From Vicugna vicugna (Eukaryota), in assembly GCA_013265495.1 (NCBI GenBank), contig MU062453.1, positions 930,001 to 994,000 of the forward strand: DNA of 64,000 nucleotides. The letters run 5' to 3'. Positions within the stretch are counted from its first letter, which is position 1, and each line of letters opens with the position of its first letter. The position numbers were made by a program, and so were the translations under genes. Under the pieces are notes generated by a model that did not search any database, was not told the DNA's origin, and saw only the letters and a program-made list of their open reading frames with translations. Positions 24,846 through 36,876 of this stretch are shown here, one piece after another.

Positions 24846-25150
24846 TACATCATCCTTTGTACCTTGTTGTCATTGTAATTAAGTACTTCATTTATCGGTG
24901 GAAGTATCTATCTCCCCCACTAAACTAGAGGGGCCATGAGGACAGGGACCCTGACTGCTTTTGCTGGCTATTGTAACCCATTTCCTAGCACATGCGTGGC
25001 ACGTGGTAGGCAGTGAATGAATGAATGAACAAATGAATAAGCTCATCCGGAGGCTCTGGCCATCTGTTTAGCTAATCCTGCTCCCTTCACCAGTAGGAAG
25101 CTGGGGAGGAAGAAGGGGGCTTAGAGTTTTAAATTCAGAAGTAAATGGAG

Positions 25151-25307
25151 AGAGGAGGGTATAGCTCAGTGGTAGAGCATATGCTTACCATGCATGAGGT
25201 CCTGGGTTCAAACCCTGATTACCTCCATTAAAATAAATGAACCTAATTACCTCCTCCCCCAAAATAAAAAAAAATTTTTAAACATTAAAAAATAAGTTTA
25301 AAAAAAA
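25151..25307 (+). mobile_element. Vic-1-type camelid tRNA-derived SINE, full length
   Basis: GAGGAGGGTATAGCTCAGTGGTAGAGC...GGGTTCAAACCC...AACCTAATTACCTCC plus A tail. 14-bp TSD agaagtaaatggag (25137-25150) / agaaataaatggag (25308-25321). Confidence 0.9.
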
Positions 25308-28256
25308 AGAAATAAATGGAGGAGGCTCTCTGCTCCTCCCTTGAGAGCTAGCTGCCCCAGTTTATGTGCTGACCACATCCCTCAGAGACACATGGTGAAG
25401 CTTGGAGCAAATAGATTTGGCAACATCGAGTCAGGTCCCCTGGCTGATTTCACCAGTGGCAGCGTGGGTATCAGTCACCATCAGTGATTCCGCCATTGAC
25501 CCCAACCTTGTCTGTCATGGCAAGTTCAATGGCACTGCCTTGTCTTATACCTTCAGGATTCTCAATGAGGTCTATATAGTCCCACCAGGAAGGAAAAAAG
25601 GAAGAAGAAAGGGAAGGAGGGAAAGAAAGGGAAGGCAATAACTCTCTATGTAATACATTCATTTTCTAGCTTCTCAATTCCCCCAAGTGTCCTGGGAGGA
25701 AAAAGTTAAATGTGATCCCAGTTTTGTTTTGTTTTTTTTAAAGATGAAGCTGATGCTTTTCAAAAATCACATGATCTGCAGAAGGCACATCTCTTTGCAA
25801 TGACTGAAGGCCTGTTTCTCGTTTGCACAGTCTTCCTGGGGGTTGCTAGGGTGGAAAAGGGAGAGGATTATTGGTTTGCACAGCAGGAGAGGGAGACCTG
25901 CCTGCACGGGGAAGACAGATTGCTCAACAGTTCAGAGGAGGAAGAAGCTTGAGGGAGGCGAACATGCAAATCATGGCACAGAGGTTGGGGCGGGGTAGGG
26001 GAGATGCTTGCTTCAAGTTTATAGGATGCCGAGTTCATCTGAACCCATAGGACTGTTTCCATAGATGTAGATTTTTATGAATATTTACATATTTATTAAA
26101 GAAAACATATTCCAAATGTTTAATTCAGTAACTTATGTATCACTAAACATAACTCAAATCACAGGCTTTTACCAATAATGAGACTGGCTATATCAGAATG
26201 AGACAGTGAATTTCTCTAGTCCAGGGAGAGGATGAAGAAGGGATGGATGTAGGAAGCTGAGCCCGGGGGCAGAAAACCTGAAGCAGGGAAATCTGCACTG
26301 AGTGAGCACCTACTGTGTGCCGGGTGCATTTCCTGGGCATTAGACCCCTGCTGTCCCAACTTTTTAAAAATATGACACTTAGAAATGTATCTTTACACAG
26401 GCATTCAGCGCACACATACGCACACACAACGCATTCTCATGTCTATAATGGGAACAGGTTGCCCACAATTCCTTCTTCTGTGAGCAATATGTTGCTGATA
26501 GTGTCTATTCCATTTTATTTTCCAGTTCTAGCTGTAGCTCTCTAAATGGACTTCGGGACTCGCACCCTCACCCCCGTGGTTTGGGACTCGAGCCAGGGAG
26601 GTGATTAAGTGAATGGACTTGGGACTCAAACAGCCCTTGGGTTCGAGTCTCAGGTTCTGTGCCCACAGGCTGTGTGGCTTGAGCAAGGCACCTTGCCTTT
26701 GGAGCCTCAGTTTGCTCATCAGTATGATGGGGATAATGACGTTGCCGGCCTCATAGCGTTGCCGTGAGGATCACACGTATAAGCCATTAACACAGGGCCT
26801 GGCGTATAGTGAACTTCCAGGCAGGTGCTGGTTGCTATTACTACCACGACTGCCATCGTGGGCTGCTGTGTCCTGGTTAGGAAACCAGATCATCTGAGTT
26901 AAGATCACATATCCACCCCAATGACCCACGTGCCTTGAGTGAGTTATGTAAACTCTCTGTGTCTCCAGCTGTTCACCTGTAACATGGGGACGTGAAGAAA
27001 ACCCTCTTCATGGGGTGATTATGAGGATTAAAATAATTAATCCAGGTCACATGTTTAGAAGAGAGCTTGGCACGTAAATGATGGATAGAATCATCATCAT
27101 CATAGTCATCATCATCATCTCATTTAATCCTCATGCATCCTTGCAAGATAAATATTTTTCCCCATTTCACAGGAGGGTGCCCTGAGGCCCAGAGACAATC
27201 AGCCCAGAGTCTCACTGCTTACTAAGAGGTAGAATTGGACTTGCAGGTTAGTTTACAGAGAGGCTCAGAGCTCCGGAGGGCTTGGGGCATTTCTTAGGAG
27301 GCACAGGGGCATCCCAGCCACTGCCCTACCTCCCAGGGAGGGTGAATTGGCAGGTCGGTATGATCAGTAGACACATTGTCATCTAGTACTTGCCAGGGCT
27401 CTACAGTGAGGATGTGGCATCATGTTATTTAAAATGACATAGCACAAAACACTCCCCAGTGAACTGTCCATTTGTAAAATTATCCCCTTGCAAATGTCTT
27501 TCCCAGTGAAATCCTGTCACCTTTTCGTCACCTCCCGGTTATTGCCTCCCAACCACGGCTGGAGGCTGAGCACCCAGGGATACAGCTAGAACAGTTGCTT
27601 CAGGACTTCAAGCCTCTCCCATCTCCCTGCCCCCACACTCTAGCGGGAGCCTAGGAGATAATCCAAGATGTGCCTCCTGCTTAATGCTGGAGCCAGCCCC
27701 ACCTGAACTCCGTGGACTGAAACTGGGGTGGGAAGGGAGGACTATCAAGGTGAAATGGGTATTGGATAATCAAAGCCAACCAGTGTCTGTCATTCTGGGG
27801 TTCCTGGGGTTGCCTTTGAGGCAGGGGAGGGAGTGGTTCTCCATCCAGGAGTAGAAATGGCACAAGCTTAGGAGTCAGGAAACCTGGTTTGGGTCCCGGT
27901 AGTGCTGCTGTCTAGTCATGTGACCTGATTCAAGCCCATTCTTCTGTCTCTTTGGCCTCAGTTTCTCCATCTGTACAATGGGTGGGGGGATGGATTCCAG
28001 TCTGAGGTTTCCAGATGCTATAGATTCTTTATACGTAGTCCTTCAGTTAGTATCTGGAGGCAGAGCACACCCAAAAAAAGGTTTTCAGGAAGGAGAGTGC
28101 TGCAATGGTGTGCCTCCGATAAGCTTTTGTAGTTGAGAAAGCCCCTGGCAGCAACTCTCTAAGTCTCTTCCTGCTCAACCCAGTATCTGAAGTCACAGCT
28201 TCTGTGGATCCTCACTGTGACAGCTCAAGCCCTCAAATGTTTTTTTTCCCCTCTAG

Positions 28257-28302
28257 GGATCACCGCATCAGCCCCTCCAAGTGCGTCCCAGCTTTTTGCA
28301 AG
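28257..28302 (+). CDS. EYA2: EYA2 exon 3 (46 nt), (G)ITASAPPSASQLFA(R)
   Basis: Acceptor tttttttcccctctag|GG, donor AAG|gtgagt at 28303. Joins exon 2 (phase 1) and exon 4 (phase 2) in frame and resembles human GITKSAPLRVSQLFSR. Confidence 0.93.
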
Positions 28303-28554
28303 GTGAGTATCCTTGCCTTGTCTCCTCCTCATGCTTTTCCTTTCTCTTTCATGGCAGGCACAGGTGCTGCCGCCAGACTCGCTGGAGAGGAATCCCAGCA
28401 TCGCTCTTACTGGTTGAGAGACCTTGAGCCAACCAGCCACCCCTCCCCGGGCCTCAGTCTCCCCATCTGGAAAAGGGGGACAATCATGGTGCCTTAAAAG
28501 GCGCTTAGAATGGGGTCTGGAACAGACTGTCCTGAGGGTGTGGGCTGTTGTTTT

Positions 28555-28800
28555 ATTCTTTCTTCCTTTTCTTAGTCTTTTCCCCCTTTTCGTCCTCTGC
28601 TTTCCTATGCATAATTTTTTCCACCCCTCTCTCCTTCCTGCTTCCCTTTCTCTTCCCCCTTTTCCCCTCTTCCTTTCCTCTCTCTCTTCCTTCCTTCCTC
28701 CTCTTCCTTTTTCCCACTCCGTCTTTCTCTCTCTACCTCCCTCTATCCACTTTCCTCCTTCCTCCCTTCTTCCTGCTTCAACTTTCCCCCAGCTCTCCTC
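28555..28800. repeat. About 240-bp low-complexity pyrimidine (CT-rich) tract
   Basis: Read directly from the sequence; produces the spurious F/L/S/P-rich and E/R/K/G-rich ORFs. Confidence 0.9.
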
Positions 28801-30232
28801 GATACCAAATCCCTTACGAGCGCTCAAGATTTGCGAGATGGAGACTCTTGCGGTGAATGAGACACAGTCCCTGCCCTGGGAGAGCTTCCATTCTGGTTGG
28901 GGTGACAGACCAGTAGATCAGAGATCTCAACACGGCGGGTGTGCATAGGGGTTAGTGAGAGCTTGGTTATGACAGGGCTTACCTGGGGTCCTCCAGGCGC
29001 CCAGCCTCAGGAGCTGCCTATCTGCCCCCCGCAGCCTGAGAAGCCCGGGGTTTAACCTGGCGGGACTTCAGCATGGCCATCATTCTATGCTCAGCTCCTC
29101 CATATCTGGACATGCTCCTCCCTGGATGACACTGGAGAAGCTGCTTATAAGGACCCACACTTACTCAGCCTTTCTTTCCCCCCAGAAGATGTTTTTGGGG
29201 GTTGTTAGTAGCAACTGAGGTCTATTAAATCTACCTGATTTGTTTTATGGCCTCAGGGTTAGAGAACTCCACTATCCTCTCTCCTTTCTCTGGCTTTCCA
29301 TTTAATCTGAGTAGTTCACATCAGTGTTGATGGGAAGCCAAGGTTGATCATCTTGAATTTCCACTTTCTACTTCCAAAGACAGATGTAAATTGGGAATGT
29401 TTTCAAATAAGGTTCTCTGCTCAATTCTAAGTCCAGATGCAGCAGATGCGTTTCCAGGCATCTCACAGGATGGGAATCTTGACAGATGAAATGTCTTCCA
29501 GCATTGGTTCTGGTGTCTCCAGCTCATAGAGTTTCTGATGCATCCTAGAACAAGTTCCCTGACTCTTCGGCTCAATAGTAGTCAAAAAGAAACCGGGCCT
29601 GAGAGCATTTTCTTATAATTCCATGCACGTTTGTGTCTGTCTCACACCTGCCATCAGGCTTCCTATGTAGGAGGAACTCTGGAAACCCGGGGTTTTGACT
29701 AAACAGGTTTTGACTAAAGTGATGGGATCAAAATGGAATCAGATTGTTTGGATTGGAAATCTCATTACCATTTACTGATCGATATGTGGTTAGAGTACAG
29801 TTTGTCAAGTTGTGCAAACCTTGAGTGTCCAGATACATGACTTAAAGGGCCAGGGCAGCATAGTGGAGTGGTTCAGGGCGTGGCCTCTGGAGCCAAGGCT
29901 CACATTGTATGTCAGCTGTGTGCTCTCGATGTGTTTGTCGCTCTCTGCCTCAGTTTTCTTATCTGTAAAATGGGGATGGGAGTAGTAACTGCCTCCAAGG
30001 GTTGTCACGGTTGTTATGAGGTTTAAATGAGCTAGTCCCCATCCCACATGGTGACTGGGACAGTGCCTGACACATAGTAGGCCCAAGACTTGTTGGTTGT
30101 TTTCATCACGCAGTGAAGTGAGCCCTGTAAGGACTGTTGAGGACACAGTGTGAGAGTCTTAAGAAGTGGCTGCACAGAGGCGTGCAGACCCAGGCTTTCC
30201 TAAGCATCTGCTTTGCAAGAGGAGGAAATAAG

Positions 30233-30234
<2 letters not shown>

Positions 30235-30264
<30 letters not shown>
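30235..30264. repeat. (GT)15 microsatellite
   Basis: Read directly from the sequence. Confidence 0.97.
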
Positions 30265-30266
<2 letters not shown>

Positions 30267-30764
30267 CTTGGTTTTAAAATATTGATGACTTCAAATTAAG
30301 AAAGAAACTGCCCTGGCCACAGAAATTACATCTGTAGAGTTACAACCCTGTCCCCTTCCTGTTAGAACAACCCCCTGTGACTTTATTGCTGCCTGCAGGG
30401 CTGAGGCAATCTCAGGGCTATTCAGTGAGAAGAAGTAAAGCTTCAGGGTTACAAGTGTGGGCTCTGCAGTCAGACTTCTGAGCTTGAGATCTAGGTTTCC
30501 CACTTTCCTGCTGTGACTTCTGGTCTCTGAGCTTCAGTTTTCTCCCCTGTAAGGTGGAAATGATAAGAGCCTCTAACCCAGAGAGTTGATAGGAGTATCT
30601 GATGGAATTTAGCGCATTTATCAGGCCTGGGCAACACAGTTTCTAGCCTGTGGTCAGAACGCAGAGATCAGGAGCAGTTATTATATTGCAGCTGTCTTAG
30701 GTAAGCGGTCCTTTAAATCCCAGCCCTTCATGGAACCTGTTATTCATCATGGAATAAGGAATCC

Positions 30765-31510
30765 ATTTGTGTTCTTTGGTTGCAAGTAACAGAAATAGAC
30801 CTTAGCTGATGTTAAGCCCGAAAGGACTTTGGGGAGGATCTGGAGTAGCTCGCAGTGTAAGCAAAAATCGAATAATCAGGCCTTGAGAAAGACCAAGAAT
30901 AGGACAGCTTAGGAAGAAAGGAACTGAAAAACAGTCTCTTTAAAATGTGGCTGTTGGAGTGAATTATTCAGCCTAAAATTTAAATTCCCAAGACAGAGTC
31001 TGATTGGATGATCTTGCTCATGTGCCCTCCCCTTGGCCAAGAGCCAGACATCTTGACTGACAGCCCTGTCAAAGCTGCAATCACTTGGGAAGGTGTCTAA
31101 ATTAGGGTAAAGAGTCAGGGTGGGATAGGCTGTGTTGTAATAATCAATAAACCCTGTTCTCAGTGGCTTAACGCAACAAAGGTTTGTTTCTTATCTAAAG
31201 TCCAATGTTGATCGCATTGTCCAACTCTCCAGGGCACCTCTGCTCCACAGGCTGACTCAGGAATCCAGGATGTAACCACATTGGCTCTGCCATCTCAACT
31301 TGTCCCCTCCACAGTGGCTGCCAAAAGAGCAGGAGGGACCCAAGGGATGGTTTTATTGGCCAAATCTTCCAGTGACTTATGCATTCTCTTGGGCAGAACC
31401 TAGTCATGGGGTTGAATCTGACTGCAAGGGAGACAGAAACTGTAATCCTCCTGGTGCCCAGGAAGGGAAAGTGAAATGGGATTTGGTGAACATGTAATTT
31501 GTCTCTACCC
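30765..31510 (-). mobile_element. Two old MLT1 (MLT1J/K-like) LTR remnants upstream of exon 4
   Basis: ttggttgcaagtaacagaaa...; gataggctgtgttgtaataa...ctcagtggcttaacgcaacaaaggtttgtttc...cattctcttgggcagaacctagtcatgg. Confidence 0.6.
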
Positions 31511-31616
31511 TGGAAAGAGTAAATACCCAAAGGGTAATAATAGTGGTGATACCAAGATAAGGGGGAAGGGATGCTGGGCTGTGCTTGGAGATTTCACCTT
31601 GTCTCCTTCCACACAG

Positions 31617-31759
31617 ACCTTGCCCACGTGTCCTGTCCAGCCAGCCTCCCACGGCCATGGCAGCCTACGGCCAGACCCAGTACAGTGCGGGAATCCAGCA
31701 GGCCACCCCCTACACGGCTTACCCACCTCCAGCACAAGCCTATGGAATCCCTTCTTACA
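31617..31759 (+). CDS. EYA2: EYA2 exon 4 (143 nt), [47 protein letters not shown](S)
   Basis: Acceptor ttgtctccttccacacag|A, donor ACA|gtgagt at 31760. The [25 protein letters not shown] motif is diagnostic of EYA2 and is seen in ORF 31585..31839. Confidence 0.98.
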
Positions 31760-32532
31760 GTGAGTACCTGACCAAGCCCTTGCTTTCCCCTGGGATCCCC
31801 AATGTCATGGTCTTTTTTCTGCCCTATTGTTTCAGTTAATTGCAGAGTGAGAGATGCAGCTAGCCTTATTTTGGTTGGAGATAGAGGAGGACAGACACTT
31901 TAAATATAGTTCATGTTCTAGAGACTATAGCAAGGCCTCTTGATTGTAAGAGGAAGAAACTTAACCCAAGCTGGCTTAGGGGAAATGGAAATTTAATGAG
32001 TCGCATACTGGTAAATTTGGGGATACAGCTGATGGATCTAGTTGTATGGTATGGCTGTATCTAGGTGTTCAAATGCTGTCAGGAGGAAGATGTCTCAGCA
32101 TCCTTAGATGTTTTCCTCTGAGGTGACTTTACTTCCATATGGAGTCTTCCCATGTGGCAGCAGAGATGGTACCTGTCAGTTCTGGGTTTGCATCCTTGGA
32201 GTGCAGCACTCGTTGTGGAAAGCGAGTTCATCTTTCCCAGCAGTCCCACCAGAATCCAGTATTGACCCTCACAGCTCACGTCAGGTCATGTGACAGTGCT
32301 TAGGGCAAGCACGGAGGTGGGGGTGAGGGGGATCGGAGGCTGCAGCATATGGGATGTCTCTGAGGGAGGGGTGGTTCTCCTCAAGGAAAGCACAGTGGTG
32401 GTATCAGAAGAGAGAGAAATGGATGCTGGGAAGGCAAAAACAAGAGACCTGCAGACCTCTACTGTCAGAACCCTGCTGCTCAGAACTGGAGACTCAGTGA
32501 ACCAGGCTCACCATCCACTGCTTGCCTGTCCC

Positions 32533-33073
32533 TGTCGGCATTCATCAGGGTTCTCCAGAGAAACAGAACCAATGGGATGGAGCTGAGATAAAAAGACAGA
32601 CACACAGAGAGAGATTTCTCATAGGGGTTGGCTTACCTGATTATGGAGGCTGAGAAGCCCCAAGATCTGTCGTCAACAAGCCAAAGGCCCGGGGGAGCCA
32701 ATGGTGTCATTCCAGTCTGAGTCTGGAGTCCTGAGAATCAGGATGGCTGGTAGTGTAAGTTCTACTCCAAAGGCCGGCAGGCCTAAGACCCAAGAAGAGC
32801 TGATTTTTCAATTTGAGTCTGAAGACAGGACAAGACCAGTGTCTCAGCTCTGCACTCAGAGGAGTGCCCTCTTACTCAGCCTGGTGTTCTATTCAGGTTT
32901 TCAGTTGGTTGGAAGAGGCCCACCCGCATGAGGGAGGGCAGTCAGTTTTCCTCAGTCCACTGATTCAGATTAGTCTCTTTCAGAAACATCCCCATAGACA
33001 CAACCAGAATAATATATGACTGAATGTCTGGGGACTCCATGGCCCAAGTAGACACGTAAAATTAACCTTCACA
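32533..33073 (-). mobile_element. MLT2 (ERVL) solo LTR
   Basis: cagggttctccagagaaacagaaccaat...ggaggctgagaagccccaagatctg...cagaaacatcccca..gacacaaccagaataat...aaattaaccttcaca. Confidence 0.88.
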
Positions 33074-33109
33074 CTGTCTGTGGCTTTATTCATGCTGTTA
33101 CTTCCCATC

Positions 33110-33690
33110 TTAACTGGTGTGTCAACCAAAGCCCTTTTGGTAGCACACGACAAAAATCCAATACTAATTAGCTTAAGGAAATAAGGGTGTTTATTGCAAA
33201 CATACCTGAAAAATCTTAGGGCACTAGCTTCAGGTAGGGTTGGATCCAGGTACATAAGCAATAATATGAGGAATTAGTCTCTCTGCTTCCTTTTGTGTGG
33301 GCTTCTGTCTCAGGCAGGCTCTCCACTGTGGGACCAAAGGCATCCTTGGCAGTCCCAGGCTGTAACTCCCCAAAAAGAAAGCCTCCCCACATAGTCCCAG
33401 AGGTCCCTCTAACTGGACTCCCATGGCCATCTCTGACCCAAACACAGGGCCGAAAGATGGAATGCTGTGGATGGCCACATTTCACCATGTGTACATCCAT
33501 GGAACCCGGGTCATGTTGGGCTCACCCAAGAGAACTGATCTGAATGTGAGGAGAAGAGGTCCCCAGAGGAGGAGGAGGCAGGCAGAACCACAGACATCCA
33601 TGCAGATGGCTGTCCAGTCCACCCAAATCCACGGTATCCAGTGGAAAGAACAGGATTGGCCAGCAGGAGACTGACCTCCTAACCCCAGCT
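33110..33690 (-). mobile_element. MLT1K-like LTR
   Basis: aattagcttaaggaaataagggtgtttattg...gcttcaggtagggttggatccagg...ctaactggactccc..ggcca..tctgaccca. Confidence 0.6.
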
Positions 33691-35248
33691 GCCTCTGGCT
33701 CCTCCAAGCCTCCGTGTCTTCAACTGTTACATGAATATGATCATCTTCTCTTCCCGACTAGATGGTGTGGCTAGAGTGCAGAGACTTGAATTTTTTTCCT
33801 CCCTCTTTTCCCTCCCTTCCTCTGTCTTGTCCTTTTGTTCATTCATTCATTCATTCATTCAGCATTGGGTTATGTGCTGGGCATACACAGTGGTCAACAA
33901 GTAGAATGTTTGTGGAGCTTACAGTCTACAACAAAGGCTGAAAAGTGAAGGCCAGCAGATAACATGGTCCATGGATATTTTTTTAATCTGTAAAATGTAC
34001 TTGACATTTTAAAAATTAATTGCCAGTTTTTACATGGGAAATGTTTACATTGAAATTTCTATTTCTAATGTCAAAAAAAATGACAACAGATGATCGGGCA
34101 GCACTGGGCCTACATTTTTTGTGTCAGGAGTGGGTGGGTCTGAATAGGGTGGACCCTGTTAGCTCATATTCACCACAGTCCTCCCCCAGCTTTCAGTACT
34201 GGCTTGAATTATCTGCCTGTCCTCTGAAGACCTTTGAGTCTGCCATCCCCAGCCAAGAGGGAGAAGAATATTAAATGAACTTGTAAAAATTGTAGGTGTT
34301 ATTTCAAATTAAGATGCCTGATACAAAGGAAGAGAAGAAAGTTGTGAGAAGGAACAGAACAGGCAAGATTTAATTTGGGTTCCAGTGCCAGGGAAGACCT
34401 TTTAGATGAGGAGTTGATTCAGCTGAGAACTGACAGATGACCGTGTGTTAGCACAGGAGGGAGGGTGTCCAGGCAGAGGGGACCACCCATGGGAAGGCCT
34501 GGGGATGGGAGATTTGTAAAGGCCAGGAAGCCCAGTGGCTGGAACACAGTACAGATGAGGTAGGCAAGGTGGGCAGAGCCTTCGTGCCTGGGAAGGATTT
34601 TATTCCAAGTGAAGCAAGAACTCATTGGCAGGTTTATAAACAGAGGGCTATCTGATACAGTCCGGTTTTTTTAATGATCAGTTGGGCTGTTGTCGGGAGG
34701 TTGGATTGGGAGGAAGCAAGAGGAGAAACAGGAAGGCAGGTTGGGAGACAGAGAGCCTGGAGTGGAGCAATGGTGGTCTGACAGGCAGTGGACAGACAGA
34801 AGTAGACACATTCTAGGGCAGTTGTGGAGTTAGGAGTGACGGGTCCTGGGGCATCAGGTCGGGCATGGATCTAGTCTCCACCACTGAGATGTTGCCGCCC
34901 ACAGTTCTCAGTGCGCTGTCTCCACTAGTTCTTTTAATCCCCCACTCAATCCTAAGGAGGAAGGGTTCCATCATTGTCCTCTTTCAAGGGATAAATAAAT
35001 GGAAGCTCAGAGAGGATAAATAACTTGCCCAGGGCCCCCAGCTGGTCGGCGGCAGAGGTGGAGTTAACACCCGGGCAGCCTGGGTCTGGAGTCCAGGCCC
35101 CTCACCGCCGAGCTCTGCCTGAGCACACATTTCATCAGTCCTGGGGGATTACCTATGACAGACCTTCACCAACTGGTGTGGGCATCTCTTCTAACCCCTA
35201 TGCCTCCTGTGATCGATTTGTGATAAAATCACACGTAAGTTACCCCGT

Positions 35249-35263
35249 TTGGCTGACAGCCAA
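35249..35263. promoter_or_regulatory. Perfect palindromic NFI site TTGGC-TGACA-GCCAA
   Basis: Exact TTGGC(N5)GCCAA consensus in non-repeat sequence. Function untested. Confidence 0.45.
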
Positions 35264-35570
35264 GAAAAATGAAGCTGGATTATTTTTCAGCATAAAAGAG
35301 CAAACCAGCCCTGTTTCCAGACAAAACATGGCATCAGGTGGAAATGAATTTGGTTCAAAGTCAGTTTATAGCCTCGCTTACTTTCAGGGGATCCATTTCC
35401 TGAGAATACAGCGTAAGTGGTAGGATCACATGTCCTGGGTTCACACCCCACCTCTGCCTCTTGCTGGTCCTAAGACCCTGGGCAAGTTCCCCCCTTTATA
35501 CAATGGGAGTGATACCAAGTCTGGCTTCCTCATGGTTGTTGTGAAGATGAAATGAGATCATGTGCATCAA

Positions 35571-35789
35571 GAGTCAGCTCCCTTTTTCTGTAAAGGGTCA
35601 GATCGTAAATATTTTCAGCTTTCTGAGCCATACTATCTCTGTCACAGCCACTCAACACTGCCGTCCGAGCATGAAAGCAGCCAGACAGTATGTAAACTTA
35701 TGGGTGTGTCTTGTGTTCCAATAAAACTTTATTTACACAAACAGGCAATGGGCCAGACTTGGCCCCCAACCATAATGTGTCAACCCCTG
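35571..35789 (-). mobile_element. MER58A
   Basis: ttttctgtaaagggtcagatcgtaaatattttcagc...ttccaataaaactttatttacacaaacagg...caacccctg. Confidence 0.85.
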
Positions 35790-36297
35790 ATCTATATAAA
35801 AGGCTTACCTCACAGGGCCTGCCCCAAGGGAAATGCTCAATCAGTACAGGAGAAGCCCGGCTGCCACACACCCCCGCGATGTCCACGTCACTGAGTAATG
35901 ACAGGGGAGATGAAGAGCCGTTTCCCTGCAAACATGCCTATGCCCCAGCAAGCCGTGTTTGCTCACCGTCTGGACGAACCTTGTTGAATCTTGTTAGGAA
36001 ACTTCTCTCCTTGCTCCCTGACAAGTAGCATGATTACTTTTGTTTAAATAGCTACAGGGAAATAATAACACAATTGAGCAAACTAGAGGCAAGGTCAGAG
36101 TATGGAGGGTTTTTTTTCCTCTATTTATTATGCAACATTTAAGACACATGTGAAAGCATAAAGACTAGCAGTACAAATGCCCATGAACTGACCATCCAAC
36201 ATTAAAAAAAAGGGAGATGTCCTCCCTTTATTCTCAAATACACACCTCCCTGGATTTGCTGTTTCTCATTTGCTCTTTCTGCATTTCCTTACATAGA

Positions 36298-36441
36298 ATA
36301 GAGGTCGACCAACTTTTTCCGTAAACAGCCTGATAAGAAATCTCTTGGGCTTTGCAGGCCATACTATGTCGATCGCAACTACTCAGCTCTGCCCTTGTAT
36401 CTCAGAAGCAGCCACAGATGATACAGAAACCAATGGGTGTA
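36298..36441 (-). mobile_element. MER58 (hAT-Charlie) fragment interrupted by Tigger1
   Basis: gtcgaccaactttttccgtaa...gctttgcaggccatac...actactcagctctgcc matches the other MER58 copies in the window. Confidence 0.75.
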
Positions 36442-36700
36442 CAGACAGACCCTGTTCTATTGCACTTTGCTTTGCTGCATTTTTTTACAAATCGACGGTT
36501 TGTGGCAACCCTGTGTCGAGCAAGTCTGTCAGCATCATTTTTCCAACTGCATTTGCTCACTTCATGTCTCTCTGTCACACTTTGGTAGTAATCCTCACAA
36601 CATTTCAGACCTTTTGATTTTGTTCTGTCTGTTACGGTGATTTATGATCAGTGATCTTTGACGTTACTATTGTGATTGTTTTAGGATGCCACAAACTGCG

Positions 36701-36876
36701 NNNNNNNNNNNNNNNNNNNNNNNNNNNNNNNNNNNNNNNNNNNNNNNNNNNNNNNNNNNNNNNNNNNNNNNNNNNNNNNNNNNNNNNNNNNNNNNNNNNN
36801 NNNNNNNNNNNNNNNNNNNNNNNNNNNNNNNNNNNNNNNNNNNNNNNNNNNNNNNNNNNNNNNNNNNNNNNNNNNN
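36701..36876. other. N run (176 nt) inside Tigger1
   Basis: Read directly from the sequence. Confidence 0.99.

Noticed and set aside
25151-25230. tRNA gene
   Set aside because: The tRNA-like head continues into a Vic-1 body, A tail and TSD, and lacks a proper acceptor stem. It is a SINE.
28225-28948. Long ORFs of 200, 174 and 102 aa
   Set aside because: Low-complexity translations of the pyrimidine tract, with no coding signature.
29691-29718. Direct repeat ggttttgactaaa x2
   Set aside because: A simple 15-bp local duplication with no further structure.
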